Shown: positions 35,417 to 47,251 of the stretch, one piece after another
Position numbering within the stretch: position 1 is the stretch's first letter
Layout of the letters: each line of letters starts with the position of its first letter
Assembly: GCA_973895155.1 (NCBI GenBank)
Contig: OZ316897.1
Location: 18,324,457 to 18,388,456, forward strand
Direction of reading: 5' to 3'
Source: Marsupella aquatica
Lineage: Eukaryota; Plantae; Marchantiophyta
Length of the DNA: 64,000 bases
The notes under the pieces: generated by a model
The model's input: only the letters and a program-made list of their open reading frames with translations
Told to the model about the DNA's origin: nothing
Databases searched by the model: none
Made by a program: the position numbers and the translations under genes

Positions 35417-36699
35417 TCCCCCTCAAGAGCACAACCGATGACCGATTCCCGTTCCTCAATTCCCAGAGCTTGGCCTCGTGCGGCCCCCGCACCCAACCAC
35501 GATAAAAATAAATCAGGTTCCCTCTCCAAGTCCTTGTCAATCCCCACTCCAGCTCACTCCATGGCCGCTCTCATAATCACTCAAGGAAAATAGAGGTAGA
35601 ACATGGCACAAAGAGGAAGGTTGATGAGGAGAGAAAATGAGGTTCGGCAATGTGTGAGGAGCGCAAAAACTTGAGGAAAGAAGTTAGAAATGAGCAACTT
35701 AAATAAGTCGCTCCTCCCCCCCAAGTTTCGCTCCTAATATATGGCCAAGGCCTTCACCGAGGCTTTGAAAATCCTCTAGGATATGGGGGCTTTTATTAGC
35801 CCCTCCTCACCTACTCGCCTCCTCCTTCAGGGTGCGGACCCCCATGGCCGAGGCCTCCCCACAAGTGCGGGGAGCCTCCAAGCTTGGGGAGTCTTAAGAC
35901 TCCTCCTCCTGCCTCGCTTGTACCTGCCCTGCCCCAGAATTTGGGGGCTTTTATTTGCGCCTCCCCACCAGCTCCCTTGTACCTACGCCTCCAAATTAGG
36001 GGGATCCCCCTGGGATCCAGGGACCTTTAACTGCCTCCCCTCCCCCTTCGAACCTTCTCCTCCAGGGTTTGGGGGATTTTAATTCCCTTCCCCACTTCCT
36101 CCCTACGTGCCTGCTCTCCCAAGGTCGGGGCATTTATTACTCCCCTCCCCCTCGCTTCGCCCTTTCGCACTCCCTCTGGCGCGCGCCCCTATGGGCGTCT
36201 TTATGGCCGACCCCCTTTCGCGCGGGCCTGCCCTTGGTTCGCGAGGCCTCCTGGCCGACTCCCTTTGGCTCGTGCCCCTTCACTTATGCTCTCCCTGGCC
36301 GGCTTCCTTCTCCCGGACCTCCTGCCCTTGGCCAACTCCTTTTGAAAGGGGAATTTAATCCCCCCTTTGTACCCCTACAAGCTAAGGCCGGGCCTCCCTT
36401 TGGTCGGCTCCCTCTGCTCTTCCTGGCTGGCTCCCTCTCCCGGGCCTCCTGCTTGCTATGGCCAGCTTCTTTTGGCCGGGGCTAATTTGTGTTGGGGTCC
36501 GTGTTGCTGGTCGGGGCACCTCATGCGACGCTTGGCCACTAACTTCTTCGACCAGCCCCCATATGTAAATACTAGGGCTGGTGATAACAAATGTAAAGCT
36601 AGATAATCTCCCGGCTCCAGCATGGAATGGCAATCGGGCACATGCCTTGGCCCCGACCGGCCAGCGGCCAACCCCCCAAGTCTGAGGCTTGGCCGACAA

Positions 36700-38040
36700 C
36701 TAAAATTAAGAGGACATAAAAACCATCAATACTCACCTCATCTTATTGTACGTAAACTATCTTTTGGCGAGGTTGTAAGAGAACAAAAGCAACAAAACTT
36801 GACACAAATCTATTTATTTACATGTGTGCGTCACTACTACCCTTTAAAATCATTCTTTGGGACCATTGGCCCCGTCACACGGACTCAAAACAATCACCTT
36901 ATCATTCGCGATCTTTTTGTTGACCCTTAGCGCTTTGCACTTCTTCCTCTGAGTTGGATGTGACGACGAGAAACCCAGTTTATAGGAGAACAAGCTCTAG
37001 AGCCTGTGAAAAATTGAACGTCGCTTTCACTTGTTGCGTCACACTTAATAAACACTTGGCTACCGAAACGACCAGCTCATTTCAAGCTACAATTTGAGCT
37101 ATAACATGTGACGCCTCGCGCACCGCATAACTCACACCGTTATAAAAACAAACTCTGGTCTCTCTCACAAAAATCGTCAAACACAAAAAAATCCAGCACA
37201 ACGAGAACTTCAATTCCTCCACACCACGGATACCGATCAGTGAATTTTATGCACCGATAGAAAATCATCTCACTAATCTATCCGCTCAGCCCATAACATT
37301 CGAGTTTCATGCAACAAAACTTCAAATGCAACATCGACATAGAACGTTGGAAAATCGTTATGAAAAAATATTGTCATCTCCTAGATATGCTCTGATACCA
37401 ATTGTTGATCAAATATAGATGACAATCGTAACGGCAAGCCCATGAACCATTCAATTCACAAGTATTGACACTGAAAAATACGTGGTTCACTTCCACATGA
37501 GACTACGTTCACGAGAACACACAAGAGCTTTATTGCACTCTAAGTCGATCGGACATACCAAGCATCCATAGCCTCAGGGATCTCACTATATGAAGGCCTC
37601 CCCATCACCTATGACATTTTGAGGCCTCAGACCTCCTAAAATGTTTGAAAAACTAAAAATTTAAACCCTATCAAATTAGAATACTATTGAAATATTCCAA
37701 AAATTTGGTTAAAAATACACTAATGTCTTATAAATATAAAAATTAGATTTAAAAGACCCTATTATTTTTCTGAGAAAATTCTTAAGTTTTCACTTTGAAC
37801 GAATAAAATGATCAGGCTATCCTTCGTTATACGTGATATGTCATTTTTGTGAAAGTGAAACCCCGAGTCCACAGCACAAGCTCTCCTTATCTCTCACTGG
37901 CTCTATAATCTCTCAACTGGCTCTATAACAATGAGCTTGAATTCCTACTCTCCAAACAAATACCATTTGGGTATAGTGTGTGCACAGCATGATTAACCTA
38001 ACCTAGTATGCAACTAAAATTAGTCTTAATTACAATACAG
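36700..38040 (-). mobile_element. Decayed non-coding LTR-element remnant with tRNA-iMet PBS
   Basis: GCTCTGATACCA at 37389-37400 (minus strand TGGTATCAGAGC) next to an LTR edge TGTTGATC at 37403. Possible PPT/LTR start near 36730-36745. Extent uncertain. Confidence 0.5.
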
Positions 38041-38318
38041 TCGTTAATCTAGACCTAAGAGTAAATACTAACATATTTTACCCAATTGTTTGTTGTTCTA
38101 AAATTTAACTTTCTAACTTTTGGTTTTTTATCATAATAGAGTACAATTGTTTTTTTTTGCGTTGCATCAAACACGAACACTTGTGTTTGTTTCTTGTTGA
38201 AAATAATATTGTTCATGTTTGTGACGGGACCTGATGATGTGGCTCAATGTGGTGCTAGAAATTTTGAATAGAATTTCCCATGGGGTCCATAATTAAATTA
38301 GTTGAAGGAGGAAATAAG

Positions 38319-39282
38319 TAATTTTGTTGAATTTTAAGGGTGGCATAATCAAGAATGGTTTATTAATATAAAGTTTGGGTGCACTAGAGAGGCAACAAGT
38401 TGCCATTCACAAAACACCAATAGCAAATTCAACTTATTCTCTAACTCTAGTACTAGCTATTATCGATGCAAGTTGATTTTCTCCCCTTGTGCTGTCTGGG
38501 AGTATGTGCATGAAACTTTCGTCATCGATCACCCTCTCTGCTTCTTAGGGCTCGTTAGAAATTGTGATTAGGAATAATGCTAATCCACGGGGTGACCGCC
38601 GCTAGTGTGAAGGGTGAGTTTGTAATTGAGCATTGGCCAGTATAGTCCTTGAGAATCAACCATTTGGCACGGAGACCTACTTTTATATATATTTATATAT
38701 ACTGGCCCAACTTCGAAACATCTGACGCCGAATAGCTAAGGTGCACTTTAGAACTCGAATCTTACGTACCTCAATCGTACTTACCAATGAACTCATTTCG
38801 CAGGCTTTGAAATCTGTGATCATCAGACCAAGGCTGAACAATAACTAAATCCAAAGAGAGAGGAGGGAAAGAGGGGTCCTTCAGCATTTCCCAAAATTTT
38901 GGTCTATTACAAAGACCGACTTTTCCATGCTTGACATCCTTCGTGAAAAAGATTTTCTATACTTTGGCAAACTTCCTTGATTCAGAGTTGCATTATGATC
39001 ACTTTCTTATTGTGGGAAAAATCTCTATTTTGAGTTTATTTTGGTGAAGCGGGCCATTTGAAGGTAGTGCGGTCCAGACTAATGAAACTCAGTATTGCCT
39101 TTTTTGTGTTTATGCAATATATGTCAGGAATCGTTGTAGGGGACTTCCAGAATCACCTTCCCCTGTACTTGTTCCAGAATTCCCTTCCCCAATCCGATGA
39201 GCATCTGCCGCCTTTGACAATGGAAAAATTGGCCCAAGTGAACTATGAGCTTTAGTTGATCGTCCTTCTTTGGCAAGACGAG
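38319..39282 (-). pseudogene. Partial duplicate of the RTN4IP1-like last exon and 3' flank (paralogous to about 41783-42777)
   Basis: Encodes frameshifted RLAKEGR...GPIFPLSKAADAHRI. Long shared blocks, e.g. TGGCCAGTATAGTCCTTGAGAATC and GAAGGTAGTGCGGTCCAGAC. Confidence 0.85.
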
Positions 39283-40028
39283 GAAGTGCATGAGCCCACA
39301 CATGAAAATGGGAGACTCGACAGCATCGATCGGCAGGCAAAGTCTTATCCACGTTAGAAGAAAGAAGAAAGAAAGTTGGTATGAATGAAAGGTTTTGGCG
39401 TTCCCCAGAACACAAAATGGTTATTTAAGGACAATGATATTGAGACAACTACCTGTGGGCAACAAGATGTATCATACCCAAAATATATTGAGTACAGGAA
39501 ACAAAGCCCAGACTAAATTGTGGGGGGCTGGAAACGCAGTACATATTGTTGTTGCCTAGTCGCGCGGTACGTAAGTAAAGGTGGATATACAGTGGTCAAG
39601 CAGTGTTACCACGTTGTTTAAGATCTTTCGGTAATTGTAGGTGAGACACTAAGTCAAAACATTATCAGCACCTAATGAGCTGGTAGAATTAATCACCTAC
39701 AATAATTCACTCCAGACTAACTAATTAATGACCAGATGCCTAAAGACTAATGCGCTGGGAGAAGTGTGACCAGCGGCTACTGAGCTAATGACTAAATAGT
39801 AATGAGCTAGTAGGCGGAATAAAGACTACTGCAGTTACTGGACAGATGAACTTAACACATATACAAAACAGAATTGAAGATTTAATCTCCCTAAATTGTA
39901 CTTAGATCCAAACAGCAGGCATTCAAGTCATTTTGGTGGTCGTCAGTCAGTTGACATTGTAGTCAACAGGCAATCTCTCTTCCTCTTTCCTCGTTACTCC
40001 TTTATCCTTCCTTCTATCTTCGTTTGAG

Positions 40029-40036
40029 TATATAAG
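40029..40036 (+). promoter_or_regulatory. Putative TATA box of the A20/AN1 gene
   Basis: TATATAAG after a CT-rich tract, followed by a probable 5'UTR intron 40116-40200 (GTGAAT...CTCAAG) ending 10 nt before the ATG. Confidence 0.5.
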
Positions 40037-40210
40037 GGAAGCTTGTCCGCCTCCAGAACCATTCGAATCACTGCATCTTAAGTGTTTGGGAGATCGACAT
40101 CATTCTCCACGGCAGGTGAATACAACAGCTAGCTACACAGCTCAGCCAGGATTTAAGGAGGGCAACTTCAATTTAGTATCGTGTTCATTGTATTCTCAAG
40201 GTCCTTGCCA

Positions 40211-40669
40211 ATGGCTCCGGAAAGTTATAAGCATGATGAGGAAACACAAGGTCGGACCCACGAAAATCCAGTATTGTGCAGAAACCAATGTGGCTTCTTT
40301 GCGAGTTCTGAGACCAACAATCTTTGCTCGAAGTGCTACAGGGATCTTGTATTGAAACAAGCAAGGGCGGGGTCAGCCAAAGCTGCTGCAGTTCAGACAC
40401 TGTCAGTTACACCCAAATCATCATCTGCTGTTGCAGAGTCATCCAACTTAAAACAGGTTGCATCCAGTGGCCAGCCAGAAATCAAGCGTTGTTCCAATTC
40501 CATGTGCCGAAAGAGGCTGCGCTTGACAGGGATCAAGTGCCGATGTGGCAATAGTTACTGTTCTGACTGCCGCTATGCAGACAAACACAGTTGCTCATAT
40601 GATTACAAGTCAGCCGGTCGTGATGCCATAGCTCGGGCAAACCCTGAAGTTAAAGCTGCGAAATTATAA
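40211..40669 (+). CDS. A20/AN1 zinc-finger stress-associated protein (SAP), 152 aa
   Basis: A20: LCRNQCGFFASSETNNLCSKCYR. AN1: CSNSMCRKRLRLTGIKCRCGNSYCSDCRYADKHSCSYDYK. SAP tail GRDAIARANPEVKAAKL. Confidence 0.92.
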   Translation: MAPESYKHDEETQGRTHENPVLCRNQCGFFASSETNNLCSKCYRDLVLKQARAGSAKAAAVQTLSVTPKSSSAVAESSNLKQVASSGQPEIKRCSNSMCRKRLRLTGIKCRCGNSYCSDCRYADKHSCSYDYKSAGRDAIARANPEVKAAKL

Positions 40670-42634
40670 AAAGCCTTCTGAATTCTTACCCGGAATTCGT
40701 GATGATTGCTTACCCTTGTATTTGACATGGACTTCCACATGCAGGAGCCTATTCCATTCAGGTTCATGGTTTCAAGTTTGACAAAAGGCACAGAGAATTG
40801 TTGTTTCTTTCTGATCACCCCAGAGTTTGTATATATCAACATGTACTCATGGATGATACTTTCGTGCAATAAAAGTATTTACAGTTTCTGATTGGGCCTT
40901 AATTTCTGAGATATATTGCTCGAAACACAGAATGTTCTGTAACCTTAACTATGAATGATAGTCCTCCAACTATGGCAAAACCAGGCCCGGGCAAAGGCCA
41001 GGACGCCCCTTATCATCGGCCCTACCCCTGTCGGTTGTTGAATTCAATCTATCTTCCACCTCGTGTTCGTCCTTGTCATGGTTGTGTTTCCATTAAAGCA
41101 AACAAGCAAAGGGGATGACTCAAAAGTCTAAATGACAAGGAAATAAGGTTTCCCCCCAATGCTCCCTCTGCGCTCTTTGGAGAACTCATTTCAGTCAATT
41201 CAGCAGTGCCAACAAGGCCTGGAAAACATGTAACGGCTCATTGTGTTGCCCCTGTCAGGTTTGTAAGCAGACGTTACAAAAAAGAGTAGGATTTCCTGCT
41301 GGATTCCTTATTATAGAAGTTGATCAACCCTAGAATGTGCACTAGGCCCTCCTTAAGAAGCAAACGGAGTACCTTGACAGATTCCTTAACGAGGGATAGA
41401 AGAAAACTAAACCTGACTTCGCTTGTATCGCTCTAAGGACAAATTAGCGCCAGTAATGCTTGTATACAGCGCTAGAAGAAAACCTCGACCTTGCCATGGT
41501 CGGAAGCAATAGTTTATGAAACAATTTAATTTCCGGCTCAAAGTGTGACGAAAGTTAATTTGACAATGGAGGATGAGCAAGTCTTCAAGCCAGTTGCCCT
41601 TTTGTAAGGCTCACCCATATTCTAAGTGCCACTGGACAAGAAGATCCTGCAGGAATGTTAGATTCATGCTGACAGAATTGACCTCAAATATCCTGTAAGA
41701 AAAGAACCTTGTCTAAGTCAGTTCAAAAACGCAGACACGAATATGTAAGGCAACACTTCAAGTGGTCTAAGGGTCAACTTAGTAATTTTGTTAAATTTTG
41801 GGGGTGACACAATAAAACATGGGTTTTCAAATAAAAACATGGTTTCCCCTATCCATGAGGACAGAAGTTTGGGTCGAGAATAGAGGCAACGCGTGTGCAC
41901 CAAGGACAAAACTTCTTCGTCTCTAACTCTAGCAATGACGGTTTTATAAGTGCATGTTGACTTTCTGGCCTCTTCTCCCCAACTTTGTGTTGCCTGGGGG
42001 TGTAGGTGCCTGAAACTCTTTTGTCATAACCCTCTCTACTTCTTAGGGCTAAGAAGGAATTGTGATTTGCTTCTATGCTGATTGACACCGTGGATAGTGT
42101 GGAGGGTGAGTTTGTAATTGAGAATCTGGCCAGTATAGTCCTTGAGAATCCACCATTTGCCACGGAGACTTACTTAATGGACCAACATCAAATCATCTGA
42201 AGCCCAATAACTAAGGTGCAATTTAGAGCTCAAATCTAGAGTAGATGATTCCCTAAATATTACTCACCAATGAAAACACTTCGCAGGCTTGCAAATTAGC
42301 CTTAATCTGTGATCATCAGATCAAGGCTGCACAATAACTAAACCCAGAGAGAAAGGAGGGAAAGAGGGGTCCTTCAACATTTCCCAAAATTTCGGTCGAT
42401 TACAAAGACAACTTTTCCGTGGTTGGCATCCTTCATGAAAGAGATTGTCTATGCTTTCGCAGCCTTTCCTTGATTCAGAGTTGCATTGTGATCACTTTAT
42501 TATTGTCGGACAAACCACAGCCTTGGAGCTATTTTGGGTTTATTTTGATGAAACGGCCCGTTTGAAGGTAGTGCGGTCCAGACGAATAAAACTCAGTACT
42601 GCCTTCATAAATCTCACTACATGTTTATGCAATG

Positions 42635-45600
42635 TCAGAAATCGTTGTAGGGGACTTCCAAAATCACCTTACCCTGTACTTGTTTCCCTTCTTCAATCCG
42701 ATGGGCATCTGCCGCCTTTGACAATGGGAAAATTGGGCCAACATTGAGTTTCAGTCGTCCTTCTTTGGCAAGACGAGATATCTCTTCCAAGCCGTCTCCG
42801 TCAGTCCTCATTACTGTCCACCAGTATTCTGTAGTGGGCCACCAGAAAAGATACTTAGCAACCTCCGGTCTACTTCATTTCTTTACATACAGAAATGTCA
42901 TGCCGTGATGCGCACATTTTGTGTTTCTCACTGGAGTGAACTTCCCAGACCCAGAGAGAAGAACTAGCAGCTGTTCAAAGCAAACGCCAAAGAATTTTGA
43001 TCATACCAATTCCATGTGACTGTTTGTACTGCATCTGCTTCTGGACTAACTTGCTGGTGGCAGCCGCAGCCCCTGCAATGAGGCCATACTTGTCTGCCAT
43101 GGCTACAAGCTCACCCTGAGCGAGAACACGAATTGATACAAATGTCAATAATAGACATCATCGCTAAACACCTTGCCTTTAGACTCGTGAGAAAGTCCGT
43201 CATCATTTGAAATTCATTCACAAAAGTAGGTGACAAATAAAAATGCGTCCCGAGAGAAACGGCTTCTATAGTTCAAACGGGAATCCCTTTGTGTTCATTA
43301 ATATGTCCTGTTACTACATAATCTGGATCAGTAGTCTGTACTACAGGACGTGCTTGCTTTAGGAGTAAGAACACTGCTTGATGTATCATGATTATTTTAA
43401 ATGCCTTCACAAATGTGCAAAGTATGATCCCATACTGTATATCAAACTTCAATTTGACACAGTACAGAACAAGAGCGACGATAAACATGACTATACCAGT
43501 AACATCCCTAAATTGAAATCATCAACTTGTTGGCTCAATAAACAACCACTAACGAAGGCATTTGCTACTCAACGGATTGTCTTGAAGAAATAGTACCTGT
43601 AAAGTGAGATAATGACCTCCTCGTTTTAGTAGGTTGACGCCAAGAGCCTCAGTTTCTTGCATACCGATCGTATCCAAGACAACATCAAAACGAGTCTTGA
43701 GCTGTTCTCTAATATCCTGGGAGCCACAAAACAAACACACATTAACTAGATGAACATGCAATCTTATCACAAAACAAATTACGGCTAAAACCAAGCTGAG
43801 TCATCACGTTTGTATAGAAGCTGTGCCGAATAGACATCACACTGTAATAGCGTTTGATAGGCAAGATTTCTAATGGACTCTGCTTGAGCGATCACCTGTG
43901 CAGCGTAGTCCACAGCTTGTCCAGCACCAGCCTCCATCACGCGATCCATACTCCTCTTCCCGCATGTAGCAGCTACTTCACATCCAACTGCTTTAGCTAA
44001 CTGAATTGCTGAAAGACCAACTGCTCCTCCGCCGCCCAATATGAGTACTTGTTGCCTAAACAAGGAAAGGACAACCCTCTCTTTAGAACGTTCCCAAAGT
44101 ACAGGCACGTTTTAGAATCCTGAACTAATGATAGTAACTAGATTCGGAAAGTACTTCACATGAAGCAGGATGCACAACCCCTGGTTCAGCTCGATTCTTG
44201 AGTAATTCATCAGCAAGGTATTTTAGTTCTTAGTAAAAGACCCTCGTGTTTATGAATATGGACATGGCTACACAACTCCAAGACTAGAGACGTTCCACTC
44301 TATCTGAGCAAAAGACGCCCTTGAAAAGAGGCTCTGAAGTCAACAACATTCAAAGTACCCATTCTTTATTCGAGCAGTACTCCTTAGCGCTCTCCAAGCT
44401 GTTAGTGCAGCAAAGGGAATTGCCGCGGCTTCCTGTAGTTCATCACTTGTCAAAAGAAAATGTTATAATTACTTCTTCCTGACATCATTTATACTGCAAT
44501 GAAGTCTAGCCTAAGTGAGAACAATAGAGCTATCTAATTCAGAAGGAAAAATCAGAACCTATCCATGCCAGAAATTACTTGCGAGCGAGATGAGAAACGC
44601 ATAGCTTACCGCATGCGACAGAGAGGGAGGTTTAACCGCAAGCTGCTCCTCTGCAAGGATACTATAATCACTATAAGTACCCCGGACAGCTGTGGGATGC
44701 AGTGCTCCAAAGACTTCCTGCCCCACATGCAATAGCCGAACGGCACTTCCTACAGCTGCTATCTCTCCACTCACATCTCGTCCAAGCACCAAAGGCAACA
44801 GAGGTTCAAACAATGACTTTCCATACCCTGCACGCATCTGCAAGCACATGTCGAAATTTACAGCATGTTTTAAAATAGAATCAAACGAAAGCCAACACGA
44901 AATATCTTTAAATGTACTCGGTGGCGAAAAGGTAGGCTTCTGCAGACAGACAGGATGCGACATAGGGATAGGTAACAACACCTAAAGCAAACCAATGCAC
45001 GTACAAATCCTTCGAAGGAGACATAACTAAACCCAGAACAAGCCATTACAACCCAAAGAAATAAATTGACAAGGCTTCATTGGAAAGAACCAACAGAGAA
45101 ACTATGCGATGCCGTCCAGGTCTCACTGGCAAGCCTTCACCGCTACAAGGATACTAAACAATACCAACGTTAGATGCCGAAACACTAGAAATGAAACCCT
45201 CTCTCCAGGTTTTCAAATACTTTCAGTGGAAGCCCAAAATCAACATATGCATAATGTAATCCAGGGAGATAACTCTCAAAAACACCACTGAATGACACTT
45301 CCCAAGTACGAGGCGTATACATATATATGACGATAAGAGACGCTACCACAGACGACCGAACTCAAATCACTTCCAGTTTGTCATCAATTGAAACGGACAG
45401 TATCGACTCCGAGACATTTCGTTGTACCTCTTAACAAATGCGACCACTGATTGCCCAAGATATCGATCCGAAATCCTGCTCTAACAATCTCACGCCCTGT
45501 CTTTCAAACTCCGACAGTGCTAGAAACGCTCCATCGGATTGCCATGTAGAGGTGAATTGGTCATAGACAACACGGCACACTTGAAAAAAATGTTATCACA

Positions 45601-45977
45601 AAATTCTCATGAAACCTGCAATGGAGCACAGAAGAACAAAACCCTGCACCATCTCTCAAATCGTCTGAAAATCCTTTAGCAGCAGGAGTACTCACCCGGA
45701 TATCAAGTGGGTTCACGGCGGCAGCTCGAGTTCGCACCAGCACCTCGTTAGGGCCAAGATCCGGCAGTGCAACTCCATCTCTGTACTCCATCACGTCGGG
45801 GCCCCCAAACCTCGGCACTATCACTGCCGAGCATGTCGATAAACCTCTCCTCACGCCTACTGCTGCTGCTGCTGCGTCTAGAGTATGCGAGGCATGAGGA
45901 CCCCCTGCTGCGGCTCGGAAGCCAGCCACATCCACCCAGCTGCTGCAGCAAAACTGCTGCAGTCTCCGACGATGCAT
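42635..45977 (-). CDS. RTN4IP1: RTN4IP1-like mitochondrial quinone oxidoreductase (MDR family), 388 aa; exons 45977-45696, 44837-44610, 44432-44359, 44055-43896, 43716-43597, 43115-43007, 42828-42635
   Basis: Seven exons join in frame through GT-AG introns. Motifs AVNPLDIR|MRAGYG, LGRDVSGE, AAAIPFAALTAW, LGGGGAVG, DVVLDTIG, GKVILEV. Arg/Ala-rich transit-peptide-like N-terminus. Confidence 0.92.
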
Positions 45978-46521
45978 ATCGCCCAATTTGGCCAATTCCT
46001 CCTCCTACTCAATCAAACTTGGTTGGTCACAAGAATCAACATTGCTTTCTCGGAGCTCTGTCCTTCTCGCAGCTCGACAACCTGTTGCTTCTTCTTGCAC
46101 CGACATTCAAATGTCTCTCTCCAAACACATTGAAAACCTGAACTAGCTTGACTCTTGATGGCTGTTAAACTGTATTGTAGTTCATTCCCAACCAGCTCTG
46201 CAAGTAGAACGGAAACAGGAGACGAGCAATTAGGAGCAGGCCTGCATGTTTCACTGGTGACGAAGAGCAATACCGATCCATTCACCCTGTCCCTGAGGCT
46301 TTCGGTGCGTGAAAATTCACTGCTCTGAGCCGGACAAATACTAGTCATGTTCGACCAGGGCGCCAAACAAGGGACGTTACATAATCCGCATAGTCGGAGA
46401 ATGGACCACACTGAGGACACAAAATGAAAGGCTTATTCACTAAAAGAATGGACCACGAGTAGGAAACGAAACGAAAAGCGGTTCCCCCCGCCCCGGAAAA
46501 TTCTCCGAAGAGACATACTTG

Positions 46522-46882
46522 CATCTTGAGAAGGACGAACCAGCAGAATCCCAGACTCTTGCAGCGAAACCGCTCCTAACCTTGAAGCTTTATAAAATTC
46601 ACCTCGAGGCAGCCCACTAAAAACCTCCCCGTCTTCAAACTCTACCTACAGATTTCTTCCGAAGAAAGCTAGATAAAATAAATCTTTCTGACTACAGCAT
46701 TGCAAATGAAGGAGGGTTAGGCTCATCTTGAGAAGGACGGACCAGCAGAATCCCAGACTCTTGCAGCGAAATCCTTGAACCTTGAAGCTTTATAAGATTC
46801 ACCTCGAGGCAGCCCACCAAAAACCTCCCCGTCTTCAAACTTTCTGACTACAGCATTGCAACTGAAGGAGGGATAGGCTCCT
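46522..46882. repeat. Tandem duplication of about 200 bp between the RTN4IP1-like start and the tRNA
   Basis: CATCTTGAGAAGGACG(A/G)ACCAGCAGAATCCCAGACTCTTGCAGCGAAA occurs at 46522 and 46724. The second copy has an internal deletion. Confidence 0.85.
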
Positions 46883-47179
46883 CCATTATTCTTCCAAGGA
46901 AAGCTCGATATCCAAACCTTTCTAACTCCAGCATTTCGATTGAAGGACGACGAGGCTCGGTGAGATTCGAGTCCTATGAGCAGCCCAAAGATTTAAAAGA
47001 GACTTGCGAGGTCTTGAAGCTGATGTGGAAATGTCCATTGCCATCATTTGTAAGTACTGTACAGAGCGTCATGATTCGACACAGAGACAAGAAGACAAAT
47101 CTAAATAATGCAGCACAAGAGAGCGCTTGCTAATGGTAGCAAGATAGAGAAAGAGACAAAACTCAGTATGAAGCGGAGA

Positions 47180-47251
47180 GGGGCATTCCGAGAATTGAAC
47201 TCGGGACCTCTTGCACCCTAAGCAAGAATCATACCACTAGACCAAATGCCC
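47180..47251 (-). tRNA. tRNA-Pro(AGG)
   Basis: Minus strand GGGCATTTGGTCTAGTGGTATGATTCTTGCTTAGGGTGCAAGAGGTCCCGAGTTCAATTCTCGGAATGCCCC folds into a full cloverleaf with A/B boxes. A T4 run lies about 20 nt downstream. Confidence 0.96.

Larger units (their letters stand above)
30200..36600 (-). mobile_element. Athila-like Ty3/gypsy complex: accessory ORF - PPT - LTR - PBS - gag (pol absent)
   Basis: Gag ORF, tRNA-Asp PBS, PPT followed by TGTTGCA, coiled-coil accessory ORFs and C-rich degenerate repeats at 35800-36560. Outer boundaries are approximate. Confidence 0.75.
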
